DNA of 64,000 nt, taken from assembly GCF_963921235.1 (NCBI RefSeq), contig NC_086118.1:24926001-24990000 (forward strand), read 5' to 3'. A program made the translations under genes and the position numbers. The number at the start of each line of letters is the position of its first letter. Within the stretch, counting starts at the first letter, position 1. Below the pieces are notes generated by a model that saw only the letters and a list, made by a program, of their open reading frames with translations, did not search any database and was not told the origin of the DNA. Positions 1 through 13,108 of the stretch are shown piece by piece. The stretch is from Mobula hypostoma. Taxonomy: Eukaryota.

Positions 1-103
1 TCTGTACCTACTCCGCAGCACCTTAAACCTGTGTCCTCTTGTGGCAACCATTTCAGCCCTGGGAAAAAGCCTCTGACTACCCACACGATCAATGCCTCTC
101 ATC
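1..103 (-). mobile_element. CR1 LINE ORF2 3' fragment (runs off window start)
   Basis: Near-identical to 62929-63030 (ggaaaaagcctctgactacccacacgatcaatgcctctcat); minus strand encodes MRGIDRVGSQRLFP, a CR1 ORF2 C-terminal motif. Confidence 0.85.
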
Positions 104-2264
104 AATTGCAATGAATTCCAGAACCCACATGTTTATTCTGTGTTAGGATTCATGGACTTGTTTTAAATAAATTCTTAAGAATGAATTGAATAGTCCTTTT
201 TATAATTTCTGAACACCTGTGGTCAACACGATGGTTGCAGTAACCAGGATCTTGAAAGAAAAGCTACTTCCAAAATGAGATGTCTGTTTTCCCTTGTCAA
301 ATGAAATGAATATGTTATTTGAAATGGATATTCATTTAATAAGGTAATCTGTGATACTTTTCTATTTGAATTTTAAATAGATGGGGAAAATGTATATTAA
401 GTTCTCAGTACTTAATCAAGAGAAAACAAATATAAAACTTTTTAAAAACTTTCTTTCAGACTGAAATATCCCAATGTGAAACGTATGAGCTTGATTGTAA
501 AACTGTACTTATTACTAGCTTTGAAGGAAAGTTACATTGGCCACTCTCCACTCTCCACCTGATTCTGCAAGAATTCTTGTGCTGTATGTGGTTTATTTAA
601 AGGTGCTTCCATAATCTCTAGAAATATATAATTTTTAAATTTTATATATGACAAATAACACTAGCAAATATTGCCACATTCTGAAGTATTACAGTAATAT
701 GATCTATGAAATGAATATACTGTATATATCCTAATCTCCATGTTGCTGGAAGAAAATGGAGAAAGATCAAATGTAAATTGCACATACATTTCTTGTTCCA
801 GGTTACTAAACTGAAGGCCTTGGAAATTCTTGTTTAAAAATGAACCATTTTGAAGCTGTTGTTGATGTTGACTTGTTCTGAAGTATTTTGTGTATTGTAT
901 AGGACATAGGACACAAATATAATTGCACTGGATAATGAATCCTCACTTATACAATAAGAGGGAGTCAACATGCAAAATTTATGCTGCCTTTTCATTGAAA
1001 TGATTGTAGTTTTCCGCTATTACTGACCATCTTATTGCTTGGCTCATTGCTTATGCCAGCAATCTAATTCCATGAATGACTTAACACTAATTAAAACTAC
1101 TCTGCATTACTTGAAGCCAATATATGCACCTTGAAGGAGCAGTAGTGTACATGTGCAAGTCAGTGTAGACGTGTATGTTACTTGCCAAAAGCTTTATGAC
1201 ATGACATGGGAGAGAATGGGTTAACAGTTAGATTTAGTGATGCTGCAGAATTTCGGAGGAAAGTTGATTTGTATCCCTCAGGTGCAAATCCCCAAGACTG
1301 TTGTAACAGTCAATTTCCAAGAAACTGAAGCACTGCAGGTGGTTCATCATGTTGCCCCACCAACAGCACCACGAGATGGAACAACTCAATATTTCACACC
1401 GTGTCACTTACCAACAACCATCTCAGAACAAAATTACAAATTATTTTTGACATCCAGACTCCACCACATGTTCACACATTTTACAGTGCTGCAAGTGTCG
1501 CTCTTCCAAGTGACAGTTTCCTGCTATTCACAGTTCTTCCACCATGACAGCAACGTAATTCATATCTGTGAGAACCTCAACACTGATCTTTTCTAAATTT
1601 TGGACACAGGTGTGATCAGTGGGAGCAGCCAAAAAGAGAATATGTGGTCATATTGTCCCATCTTAATGGAGGAGACAATCCTCACCATGACTGGAAAAAC
1701 TATTTTTGAAGCCATAAACAGGGCTGTGTTCAATCCAAATATAGATGCAGTCTCCTGATCTATTGTTCTACTTCTGTCCCATTTTTCATGTGGCTTATAG
1801 TCTCCTCTAATTTACAATCTGCCAGTGGTATAAACACGCATCAACCTCCCACCTTCCTCTACCACATCCTTATGTCTATCTTTGTTTAGGTAGCCAGGAC
1901 CTCTACCCCGTTCAGATAAGATAGAGAAGGATGAAGTCTACCTTAGATAGTGGCTTATTTAGAATCTAGTTTGGAGGTTGAACCTGCACCAGCTTTCCAG
2001 AGAGCTTTGCAAAGAATTCATAGCCTTCCCTTACCATCACAACCCAGTAATTAATGTGTAGATCAGGTGATAATGCATCTATATTATCAGGCCTTCCTGA
2101 ATGACACCATGAAGTTGGCACTCTACTTGTACACGTGATAAGGTTCTCACTAAGGTGGCATCTCATCATGTCAGATGGACCCTAACATGTATATGGTTGT
2201 GAATATGAATGTATAGATGTGTAATGGGAGGGGTAGCTCTCTAGTGGTTCAAACCTGCTTTAGC

Positions 2265-2600
2265 TTCAGAATCAGGCTTAATATTACTGTACTGACATAC
2301 TGTATGTCATGAAATGTTGCTGTTTTATGGGAGCAGTACATTGCAATACATAAAAATACGATGAATTAAATTACAAAATATATATTTTAAAATTTTTAAT
2401 TAATTAAGCAGTGCAAAAGGAGAGCAAGAATAGGGAGGTAGTGTTCGTATATGTTGGTTCGTTGTCTGAACGCAGAGGGGAAGAAGCCGCTCCTAAAACA
2501 CTGAGTATGTGACCTCAGGCTGCTGCACCTCTTCTCTGATGGTGGTAATAAGAAGAAGGCATTTCCAGGGTGCTGTGGCTCCTTAGTGATGGTTGCTGCC
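2265..2600 (-). mobile_element. Rex1/Babar-like LINE 3' end, degenerate
   Basis: Minus ORF contains HPGNAFFLLPPSEKRCSSLRSHTQCFRSGFFPSA, matching the C-terminus of the 51960-52803 copy; tail resembles (ctgatt)n. Confidence 0.7.
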
Positions 2601-2654
2601 AAGTTCATACTGATCTTCCAGCTTTGTGCTGTTTTCCAACACAGTGCCCACATC

Positions 2655-3330
2655 ACTTGGTTCTCTTCTTGCTAAGAATGTATCAGTCTGTTCTGAATAT
2701 ATACAATGAGTGAGCTTCCACAGCTCTCTGGGTAGAGAACTCCAGTGATTCAGCACATACCGAATGAAAACATTTCTTGTGATTTTATTTTTAAACAGCT
2801 GACCCTGTATTCCCTTTGGTTCTAGACTTTTCAGCCAGAGGAAGCATTCTCCCTGCATCTAAACTGTCAAGCATTTTGAGAATTTTTCAACAATTTGATG
2901 AGATTACTCTTATTTACTAAACTCTCCAAAATACATGCACAGTATAAACAATCCCTTTGCATACACCAGACTCTCCAGTCTAATAAATCTTTATGCCACT
3001 TCTTCTGTGGCAAGTAGCCGGCTGGTGGTGTAGTGGCATCAGCGCCGGACTTCGGAGCAAAGGCTCCTGAGTTCGAATCCAGCCGGCTCCCTTGCACACT
3101 TTCCATCTGTGCTGGGTTGAGCGTCGAGCTAGCAACTCAGCCTTGTAAAAATAAGAAAGCCTGCTAAAACAAAAACGTGTCATGACTTGGAGTTAAGGGC
3201 TTTCCTCTTCTTTCTTCTTTCTGTGGCAAGTACATCCTTTCCTGGGTAGTCTGGCCAAAGCTGCACTAATACTCAAGCTACAGTCTCACCAAGTCCCGAT
3301 ACCATTACAGTAAGACTTTCTTTCTCTTTT
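2655..3330 (-). mobile_element. Old CR1 fragment interrupted by the SINE at 3017-3218
   Basis: CR1-like 3' motifs on the minus strand (NHWSSLPRE; ggtagagaactccagtgattc); similar decayed sequence resumes after the SINE. Confidence 0.55.
3017..3218 (+). mobile_element. tRNA-derived SINE with RTE-type body/tail and 14-bp TSD
   Basis: A box TGGTGTAGTGG, B box GAGTTCGAATCC, anticodon-like loop CTTCGGA; TTC-rich tail; direct repeat TTCTGTGGCAAGTA at 3003-3016 and 3219-3232. Confidence 0.85.
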
Positions 3331-3569
3331 ATTCATATTTCCTAAAATAGCATTGACCCTTTTGTTGTATGGTGCCCTGACATAGTGGCTGTCAGTGAAT
3401 TGTGTCACTTTGAACACCAACACTACCAAATTTATTTCCATTTAACAAATTGCTTTTCAATTACATGCACTGAACCGGATGGTCAAATTTTTCCTCATCT
3501 TACACTTTCTGCCATATTGTCACCCACTCACTCAGCTTGTCCAATAAAGAAAAATCATATTATCTAAAT

Positions 3570-4285
3570 ATTGAGAGATTGCAGAGCTCTGAGAGGTGAA
3601 AGGAGCAATATTCACAAAAGAGATGTAGACAGAACAAATAATTAAGAAAGCTTACAACTATTTTTGTGTATTGATAAAGTTCTTGATTAGAAAGGTTATG
3701 GAGAAAAGGCAGGAAAGAGGGATAATTTATCAGCCACAGTAGAGCAGACTTATGGTCTGAATGGCCTAATTCAGCTCCTGTGTCTTATGGTCTTATCAAG
3801 GAGTTGAATAAAAATGTGGGCAGATTTTGCTTTAGTTACATACGGCACTGATGAAATGATTTGGAGTGCTATGTGCAGGATTGGTCTCCTCACTTAAGGA
3901 AGGACATAACTGTGTTGAAACCAAAACATGCTGGCTTACAAGATCAGTATTGAAATAGATCCTAAAATATTTCCTCTTGTGGGAGAATCTGGAATTAGGA
4001 GTCACTGATTAACAATAACATGTTTCCTTAAAACTGTTCTGAAGTATTTTTGATATTTTTAAAGGGCTATGGGGTAATGGAGTTCTATTTCTCAAAGAGC
4101 AGCAGATGCAGAATCTTTGAATATTTTTAAGTCAAAGGGAGAAAGATTCTTGAGAAGCAAGGAGCCAAAAAATTCCAGGAGCGGGCAGGATTGTGGAGTT
4201 GAGTTATGATGAGATTTGTCATGATCTGATTGAATGATGGAACAAGCTCTAGGGGACAAGTGACCTGCTTCAGCTCCTAATTGGG
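3570..4285 (+). mobile_element. Degenerate CR1 3' region with a nested short CR1 tail (~3665-3795)
   Basis: CR1 motifs (gagtgctatgtgcaggattggtctcctcacttaaggaagga; tail ggtctgaatggcctaattcagctcctgtgtcttatggtctt). Confidence 0.65.
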
Positions 4286-5354
4286 TACGTGCAAATGGTT
4301 ATATAATCAAATGTACAATGGATAATTACCTCAAAAGGTTCAAGCTATGGCATTATTTCCTGACCTGAGTGTCTGCCTACATATTTATTCACCATTAATT
4401 AACTAATAAATTAAGTATATAAGTTGACACTTTTTATTTAACGAGACTGAGAGCTTCTGTATGATATAGTGTGTACCTTTCTCTACAACCTTCAGCATGA
4501 AGCAGTGAAGCTGTAAGTTGGATGACTGCTACATAATTAATATGCTTTGGGATTAGATGTAGTTTATGTGTGCAGTAAGTGTTGTGGTCCTTGTCTTGCC
4601 ATAGAAGATGTTGAAGGCTGGGAAGACCCTCGAGAACTGTTCTGCTTTGTAAGGCGGAGGGTGAGATGGTTGCAATCTGATTTGAGGGCATTGCCAAAAA
4701 ATGGCAGCAGATGACATAAATAGATTAGTGTGAAAGAGATTTAGAACTAGTAACAGGGCAATTTATTTACTCATAAATTGGTACATACTTGGAATTTTTT
4801 TACCAAGAATTGTGGTGATATCATTGAGCACGTTAAAGTACAACATTTTAATTTAATTCCCAGAATGTGGAAGTCATTATCATGGTCATTATTTATTGCA
4901 GAACGATCTACTGGCATAAACTGGATCTATGACTTAAGGAATATTAATTATGTGACAGTCAGTCAATTTGTAGTTTCAGTGTTTGTGCTGAAGGAAATGA
5001 GACAAAGTACAGACTAAAATAAACCATGGAGGCCCAAGCTTTCTAAAATAAAATTAGATGTCAAGAGGATGTATTTAATGTTGTATGGTGGTAAAAGAGA
5101 ATGCAAATACCATTCTGGCGTTTTTGAATTAATGTTATTTCTTTGACTACTATCTGTATTATCTGTATTTTAAATAGCAATGTATAGTTATAAGAAACAA
5201 CTCTAATAATTAATCTTCGAGTGCCAAAACAGATGTACAGTGTGACAAAACAATGGAATCAGATGCAAAATTTGATTTATTACCCATCTGAAATTGTCTT
5301 TAAACTGACTGGGCCATTTTAGAAACCATTAAGAGTGAAACACATCATAGTGAA

Positions 5355-5690
5355 TAGAACATGGAACGTAGAAGAGTACAGCATGGGAACAGGCCATTCG
5401 GCCCACAGTATTGTGCTGGAAAGCAAATCAAAAATGCTCAAACTTTAATCTCTTCCATATCACTTCAGCTTCCTTATGTCCGTGTGCCAAATCCAACCGT
5501 CTCTAAAAAGCCTGTAATGTATTTGCCTCTACTAGCATACTAGGCAGTGCATTCCCGGCATCCACCACTCTGAGTTTAAAAACTTACCCCTCACATCTCC
5601 CTTGAACCTACCCCCTCTCACCTTTAATGCATGCCCTCTGGTATTAGCCCTGGGAAACAAATACTCTCTGTCCACACTGTCTATGCCATA
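5355..5690 (-). mobile_element. CR1 3' end
   Basis: acagcatgggaacaggccattcggccca and gcattcccggcatccaccactctgagt are the reverse complement of a CR1 3' UTR and ORF2 end, similar to 62690-63232. Confidence 0.7.
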
Positions 5691-7039
5691 AATCTGGAGT
5701 CTCTTATGCAAAGCAGTTTTTTTTGTTAAAGTACTTTGATGAATTAGATTTTTTTGAGTAACATTGTGTTATTTCCTGATCAGCATTGCTAATACTTAAT
5801 GAAGCAACTGAACTGGAATTTCTTCTGCTTTATATGTAAGAGTCTGAAATATCTCTTGTCAAATCCCTGATTATTTACCATCCCTCAGATAAGGAGGAGA
5901 GGAAGGAGGGAAGAATGACTACCCAGGCATTCTTGTGCACGGCCTAGTAGTGTTCAGTGGACACCACTGGGACTGCTGTTGTCCACTAGCTTTAATCATT
6001 TCATTGCACACGGCCGAGGGAGAATTAATTTGAAAGGTCATGTTACTTTGAATTCTCTGGTATAGAACTATGATGGCACTGTGCCCAAAACACAGTGCAT
6101 ACCCACAGATAAACAATAAAAAAATGACATCCCCTGTAAAGTATTCATTATTTACAAACAGTGACCTAAAACACATTATAAATGGGGTTGTCATTGAGAT
6201 GAGTTGTAGTGAGCAATCCTTGTACAGAAACAGGTACAGACTTACCCAACGTTGGGCTTCAGGCCTTACTTACATAAGGTCAACAAACTACAGAGGCTGG
6301 TCAGACATTGCCAGTCATTGTGGCGTTGAAGAGGACTTCACTTTATAGCTTTGATACGACATATAGCTGCTGTCGGGTAGATCTTGGGGCAGAGGTAGTG
6401 GGGATGACTGGAGACTGAAGCTTGGAGTAGAGGGTGTGTGCCTCTGATTTTGGGAACACTACATCTCTAGATTGGAATCTGTTAGGAATAGGAGGGGATT
6501 GTGGGGGGGATTCAGGGACTGGCAGTCTACACTGGTGAGTATAGTTGTGGAGTAAAAGGGGATCACACAGGGGAGAAACTATCTGACTTGGGTTCCAGTG
6601 CAGCACTGAGATCTTGCAGTAACACTATAAAAATATATTTCTGCAGGGAGTGACCAAAGACAGACACATCCCATGTGACCTAAATTCCTGGGCAGTGCTC
6701 CAGGGGAGCATTGGACTGGGAGTAACTTCCTTCCATGCTTGACCGATGTGAAAAGTGCAGGCATAATTGCTCACATCTAAGCCTTTACTTCACTGACTTA
6801 GAAAGCATCTCATCCAGACTAGGTGAGACTTCTGCTTTTATGACTACCAAAATTTTAAATACTGTAAGTCTTTATTCTTTTCTGCTCTCTCAAATTCACT
6901 GGTAAGTTCTTCAGGTGCAGTCAGGCCAAATAGCCTTTTCAGTTCTGAATGAGTACCATTGTTTCTAGACTGTATAATTGTAGAAGGCTTTGTATTAACC
7001 TTTTAAATTGGCCATTAATCTATTCTCATACTCTCCTTC

Positions 7040-7170
7040 TACAGTCCCATTGAAGAGTCTTGGCCCGAAACGCAAACTGATTTATTTCGCTCTATAGATG
7101 CTGCCTGATCTGCTGAAGTCCTCCAGCATTTTGTGTCTGTTGCTCAACATTTCCAGCATCTGCACAATAT
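7040..7170 (+). mobile_element. Penelope-like element terminal (pLTR) fragment with degenerate hammerhead
   Basis: cagtcccattgaagagtcttggcccgaaacgcaaactg...atagatgctgcctgatctgctgaagtcctccagcattttgtgt; same terminus as 44368-44500. Confidence 0.75.
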
Positions 7171-7209
7171 GTTGTGCTCCTTTTCCATATCATTCCTTTA
7201 CTGGAAATA

Positions 7210-7778
7210 CACTCAGTGGCCACTTTAGTAGATGCATCCTGAGCCTAATAAAGTGGCCATTGAGTGTACACTTGTGGTCTTCTGCTGCTGTAGCCCATCC
7301 ACTTCACGATTCGACATGTTGTGCATTCAGAGATGCACAACACTCTTGTTTACACATGGTTACTTGAGCTACTATTAGCTTCCTGTCAGCTTGAACTTGT
7401 CTAGCAGTTCTCATATGACCTCTCTCATTACTAGCAAGGCGTTTTTGCCCACAGAACTGCCACTCACTGGAGTTTTTTTTTTGTTTCTCGCACCGTTCAC
7501 TGTAAACTCTAGAGACTGTTATATGTGAAAATCCCAGGAGGCCAGCCGATTCTGAGATACTCAAACCACCCTGACTGGAACTGACAAAACATTCCATGAT
7601 GAAAGTCACCTAGATCACATTTCCTCCCCATTCTGATGTTTGTTCTGAACAACAACTGAACCTCTTGACTATGTCTGTATACTATTATGCATTGACTTGC
7701 TGCCACATGATTGATTAATTAGATATTTGCATTAATGAGCAGCTGTACAGGTGTACCTAATAAAACGGCCACTGAGGG
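7210..7778 (-). mobile_element. Non-autonomous Tc1-like DNA transposon
   Basis: TA-flanked terminal inverted repeats (TA|CACTCAGTGGCCACTTTA ... TAAAACGGCCACTGAGGG|TA); minus ORF 7304-7609 GLSISESAGLLGFSHITVSRVYSE...ERGHMRTARQVQADRK resembles the Tc1 transposase N-terminal HTH region; no DDE domain seen. Confidence 0.85.
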
Positions 7779-8835
7779 TATGTTTAACGAGCTCTGCATG
7801 CTGCATTGAGTTGAGCCAGCATTGATGAAATTCTAGCAAAATATTATGATCACACAATTCAATTCTAGTTAGGGCATGTATATTTAAATGATTCAAGATA
7901 ATAGGGAACAGATAGATGTTCACAAACTGAGCTCCAGGGTCTTCCAGCACTTTCTAAAAATATCAAAACAGATATCAGTCATTCCAAAACATTCTGTTTT
8001 TGTCTAAAATGGCTGACTGTTAGAATGTCATATACTACTGTAGTTTCAATTATTTATATCTAAGCAAATATCTAAAATATTTAAATTAAGATATTCGATT
8101 GTGGTATTTGAATAAAATTTTCCCAGTTTGCATATTCAGTTCTCCCCAAGCGGTTTATGTACTAGATATTGAACAAAACACAAAACCACAAATGCAAACA
8201 TTGTGAGAAGCCAGTTGTTCAATATTGACTATTGAAGATTTTCTCATATTAGTAAACCCTATTAGTGGCTCATTATGAAATCTGTGCACTTTCTCTGTGA
8301 CAGCAATGGTTTCCACCAGGTGCTCTATTTTCTTCCACATCATGAAAATGTACTGATGGATTAAAAAAAATCCCTAAGTGTATGTCAGTGCATCCACAGA
8401 CCCCTCGGTTAATGACAGAAGATCATGCAATAGAAGTTTGGGAGCCACTGCTGCAGGTAAATGACAGATGAATCGATGGGCATGAAGGGATAAGTTAAGC
8501 CTGCAAGTAAGTGAGGAGTGGAGGAACAGGACAGATTCGATTGCTCCATTATGAGCCAGAATATATTGATGAACAGAACGTCTCCCTACTTTGTCATAAT
8601 AATAAATGTTGTTATGATGATGTAAGGGGCATGGATTAAGGTTCATTCAGATTATATCATTCAGCCAGTTGAAAAGTCTATTACTCAGCCAAGCTATGTC
8701 TATAATTCAGCTAATATATACAGTGATCCCTTGTTAATTCAGAACATGACTAAAGTAATTATAAATTGACAATGCTGGACAATGTTAGAACTATGAACAG
8801 GTCAGTCATGTTCTATAAAAATAAAATGAAGTTTA

Positions 8836-9657
8836 TGTTATGTTTTACAATCCAAAACATCAAACTAATTCAAAGAAAACATGGAGCAGTGAACGTGTGT
8901 CTTTAATTTACTGTTTACTTTTAGCAAGACGTGCACCTATAATGTGGAGACCTGATGAAAAATGCCAATCACATACTTTTACATATAACCCATGGTGGTG
9001 GCGTCCATTAGTCTCGTGAGACCATGGATCTGTGCCTGGAATTTTCCAGGGTGCAGGCCTGGGCAATGTTGAATGGAAGACCGGCAGTTACCCAAGCAGC
9101 AAGTCTCCCCTCTCCACGCCACCGATGTTGTCCAAGGGAAGGGCAAGGGCCGATACAGCTGGGCACCAGGGTCGTCGCAGGAGTTGTCAGAATGAGGTTG
9201 GAGGCAATGTCGGACTGCCTTAGGGACTCCAGCTCCGGATTTGTCCTCAGGGTTTACTCCTGAAGCCTTCCCATGAGTGGGTATGGCCACAAAGCAGTGG
9301 AGGTTTGAAATCAGAGTTTTCCCGCTCTTAGATGGACTGCCTTCCCAGGCTGACGAGCTTCATCTACCCGAAGCACTGGCTTTAAGGCACCAGGACCCGC
9401 CTTCGCCCCTTCTCATGTCAGTAGAAACAGTTCTGCCGGGCTTAGAGGCTAAGCCACACGAGAAGGCCAGGAGTTGGACTTGGTTGTCAGAGGCTATTTG
9501 AGCTACATGCCGTGAGGAGCACTTTTAGGTAGTGGGAGCTTGTCCCCACTACCACTTCTCGGCTTGACAACCTTGACAACCATAATGAATTATGTAAACA
9601 ACAAAGAATGCTTGATCAATATACTTACAGGATTACTGAACTGTTAAATACACAATA
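8836..9657 (-). repeat. 3' LTR of Gypsy element, split by an insertion at 8994-9577
   Basis: Both halves align collinearly to 13109-13342. Confidence 0.85.
8994..9577 (-). mobile_element. Non-coding RTE-derived non-autonomous retroelement nested in the Gypsy LTR
   Basis: Interrupts the LTR with a short ccat duplication; minus strand has GGGAAGGCAGTCCATCTAAGAGCGGGAAAACTCTGATTTCAAACC (RTE 5'UTR-like); its 3' ~185 bp is shared with the SINEs at 11825 and 58355. Confidence 0.65.
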
Positions 9658-10179
9658 CTTCTCCCTGCTTCGCTATAAATTCCAACTCAAATAGAGCATG
9701 CATCTCAACTAAAAGATATGTGTATATATATAGGTTAAATATTTATATACACACAGTATACTATATAATACAACTGCTATAAAGACATCCACAGCATAGT
9801 AAACTTGAAGTTGTCCCATTCAGGTCTAAAGATTTAATCACTGTGGACGATTTCTTACTCTTGTGGGATAATGGCTTTCCTGACAAGGGGGTGAGGATCA
9901 CTGTGCTTGGCAGGTGAAACTACTGGCTGTGAAACAATCTCAAATTCTGGGGGCTCCTCCGTAGTTGTTGTAGGAGTTGACTGATACTGCAGGAAGTGGT
10001 TCTGACAACTCTGGACACTTTCATCTCTACCAGGGCGATGCATGCCATTCCTAGGGATGGAGAGACACTGCTCTTACCATCTTCTGGTTGTTTTTTGCAC
10101 CCTAAACAATACATGGTAGGCTGTTCGATCTGCTGATCTAACCCAGCCAACACCTAGATGACTGACATGGACAGTACAT

Positions 10180-11230
10180 CCTTCAACGCTTCAGCTCTCA
10201 GCTTGGATGGTAAAACAACTCTCCATCCCCACATAAGGCAACCTCTGTCAAGGGCAGGTTCATCCCAGCCCTAGTGAAAATAGGGGAACTGGAACTTCCG
10301 CTCAACATTCCAGCCACTTTGGGTGGCTATGCAAAGCTGAGACATTATGGAGTATTTTCTGGTTTCCCTTTAGATCATCTCTGTCATAATAGAGAGCCTT
10401 TTGATTTGCATTAGGGTGAATACTTCAACACCTGTAAATTTTCAGGTGTTACCTTTTCCAAGGTTAAACAAATCAGCATTTCCATGATTAGTCATCCTCT
10501 TGAATTTGATCTTGTAACTGTGTCCTCCAAGAAACTGAGCCCATCTCTGCATTGATGCTGCTGCTGTTGTGGAATAACCTTCTGTGGATTGAAAATGGAC
10601 ACTAGTGGTTGATGATCAGTCTGAGGTAAGTTTTCTCCCATATAAGTACCAGCTGAAGTGTTTTACACCCCAAAACAGACTTAACACCTCTCTGTCAATC
10701 TGTGCTTAATTTTTTCTCTGCAGAACATTGGACATTCACTTTCATCACTCATACCTTGTGACATGACTGCACCAGTACCATAAGATGAGGTGTCACAAGG
10801 TCACAGGCAAGATTCACTGGCCTATGTGGATCATAATGTGTGAGATCAGTATCTGATGTCAACATTTCCTTTATCTTTTGGAAAGCCACCTCACACTGCT
10901 TTGTCCATTGCCATTTCTTCCTGATCTGTAGTAATGAGTCCAAGGGCTGGAGCATGCCAGCCGGGTTTGGCAGGAACCTGTTATAGAAATGACAAATCCT
11001 AAAATGGATTGCAAATGTGACATGTCCTTTAGCCTTAGGGCATCCACCACTACCTGAATTTTTCAATACAATTGTGTAGATCTTGAGCGTCACTGATGTG
11101 ATCACAGTAAGTGACGCTCACACTTGCTGCGTCACACTCTGAGCCCATAATCTTCTAACCTTTTTGTTACTATCTTGAGATTTTGGAGATGTTCCTTGTC
11201 ATCCTTACCGTAAAAATGACATCATCCAAA
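10180..11230 (-). pseudogene. Gypsy pol remnant (RT C-terminus, connection, RNase H), frameshifted
   Basis: FYNRFLPN...WQWTKQCEVAFQKIKEMLTSDTDLTHYDPHRPVNLACD; LTDHQPLVSIF motif near 10590-10625. Confidence 0.8.
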
Positions 11231-11488
11231 CAACAGTGGGTGCGTCGACAGCCTTGCGGCTCCTGTTCTATGGACTTCAGCCAGAGGGCGGATGCAGATG
11301 CTATTCCAAAAGTAAACCTTGGGTGTGGCATTTTTATTTAACACTATTTTACCCTCTGAGTTTGAGATTTCCAATGCCATCCTTGAACACTGCTGTGGCA
11401 TCATCTAGTAACTTTCTTAATTTGCTTTCAGTTGACTCTATTTCGAGGATGTGGCGTGCAAATTCCAATCAGATTGTAATTCTCTCAG

Positions 11489-11701
11489 CTAATCATGACC
11501 CCACAATGTTATAACCACATAGAAGCCCAATGTGGCTTGTTGGTTGTTGTATTTCGCTGTTATGAATGTCACTCCCACAGGAGTTATCATTTCTCCAGTA
11601 TAAGTTCTTGGTTCTTTGAAACAACATTCAAACTCATTTTGTGGGATGACTGAAAGAGTTGAGTCAGTGTCCAATTCCATTTTAGCTAATTTGCCGTTCA
11701 C
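11489..11701 (-). pseudogene. Gypsy aspartic protease remnant
   Basis: NGKLAKMELDTDSTLSVIP (catalytic DTG degenerated to DTD). Confidence 0.8.
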
Positions 11702-11824
11702 TTCCGGTGTAAGCCATATCGCTTGTCTCTTTTTAGTTTTTACATTAGAAATCTCAAAGCTACCCCGTCCTATGTCACTCTCTCATCATTATCAAATTTT
11801 TCTTCAACAGTATGCAGAGTAGTA

Positions 11825-12131
11825 TGCATGTGGCCAAGTGGTTAAGGCATTGGACTAGTGACCTGAAGGTTGTGAGTTCAAGCCCAGCCGAGACAACATG
11901 TTGTGTCCTTGAGCAAGGCACTTAATCACACATTGCTTTGCGACGACTCTGGTGCCAAACTGTATGGGTCCTAATGCCCTTCCCTTGGACAACATCAGTG
12001 TTGTGGAGAGGGGAGATTTGCAGCATGGACAACTGCCGGTCTTCCATACAACCTTGCCCAGGCCTGCGCCCTGGAGAGTGAAGACTTTCCAGGCACAGAT
12101 CCATGTTCTTGCAAGTCTAACGGATGCCTTT
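11825..12131 (+). mobile_element. tRNA-derived CORE-like SINE with RTE-type tail, nested in the Gypsy element
   Basis: A box TGGCCAAGTGG, B box GAGTTCAAGCC, core-like GTGTCCTTGAGCAAGGCACTTAA, tail ...CTAACGGATGCCT; second copy at 58355-58645. Confidence 0.8.
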
Positions 12132-12517
12132 ACTTACTCTTTTTGAAATTGCAACTTGACATTTTATCTTTTTCTCTCCACTGTGTAGTCCTTTTAGTTT
12201 TATCTGTCCGACATGGTCTTTGTATGTAACCTACTTAGTTGCATTTTCTGCGAGTATTGCCTTTAAACCTGTATTGTTCTAGTGTATGTGAGCCCCTGAA
12301 ACAACAATAACACAACTTGTTTGCCAGGCCAATTTCTGTTTAGAATCTGCAATTTTGTTCATGCTTACTTTCATTCCTGACTGTAACTCAATTGTGTGTC
12401 TGTCTGCTGTTTTCATTGATACAGCTATTTCAACCGTTCATTTAAATGTAAGTTGTGCTTCAGTTGGGAACCATTTTTGAATGCTTTTGTGTAAGATTCC
12501 ACAAACTAACCAATCAA

Positions 12518-12757
12518 CTAACAATGCTCAGACAACTTCTTCAATTCAGCCACATATGCTGAAATTGTCTCCCCTTCCTTTTGATTCCACTTATGAGACC
12601 TAAAGTATTCTGCAATCAACAATGGCTTTGGTTGTAAATGTTTCCACATTAATTTCATGATATCAGCAAATCTAATTTTTGCTACTTTAGTTGGAGCAGT
12701 TAAACTTCTAAGTAAACTGTATGCTGTTCCACCTATTACAGCTAGCAAAACTGTCAC
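12518..12757 (-). pseudogene. Gypsy gag remnant
   Basis: LLAVIGGTAYSLLRSLTAPTK...HLQPKPLLIAEYFRSHKWNQKEGETISAYVAELKKLSEHC is a typical Mag-type gag; stops flank it. Confidence 0.85.
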
Positions 12758-13108
12758 TTGTTTTGCATTGGCTATTTGATTTACTTCAAAATACTGCTCA
12801 ATTCATTCAGTACATATCAGCCAGTTATCTTTTGTGCAATCAAACAAGTCTGTCTTTCAAATGTAGCCAGATATTTCTGCTCGTTCTTATTTTTATTTAT
12901 TTTTATTATCACCTAATACTCATTATTTATGAACCCATGAATTTCGTCGGTTTTCTGCCCTTTTTTAACTTGCCTGCTTGCAAAGAAAAAAACATGCTGC
13001 ACTTTTCTTAAACTTGAAAATCTCGCTAAGCTTTTTTCTCAGATATCTCACTGCACTTCAAGAGGTAGGTAGTTATTTCAGATTCATTTAAAACTTTTTC
13101 ATCACCAC

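Noticed and set aside
460..600. Possible exon after ttctttcag
   Set aside because: Open frames end in stops without a convincing donor; peptide unrecognised
1237..1596. 119-aa plus-strand ORF
   Set aside because: No recognisable motif or exon structure; possibly ancient TE debris, but I cannot support a family
3017..3090. tRNA gene (Arg-TCG-like)
   Set aside because: No proper acceptor stem or Pol III terminator; continues into a SINE body with tail and TSD. The same applies at 11825, 39916 and 58355
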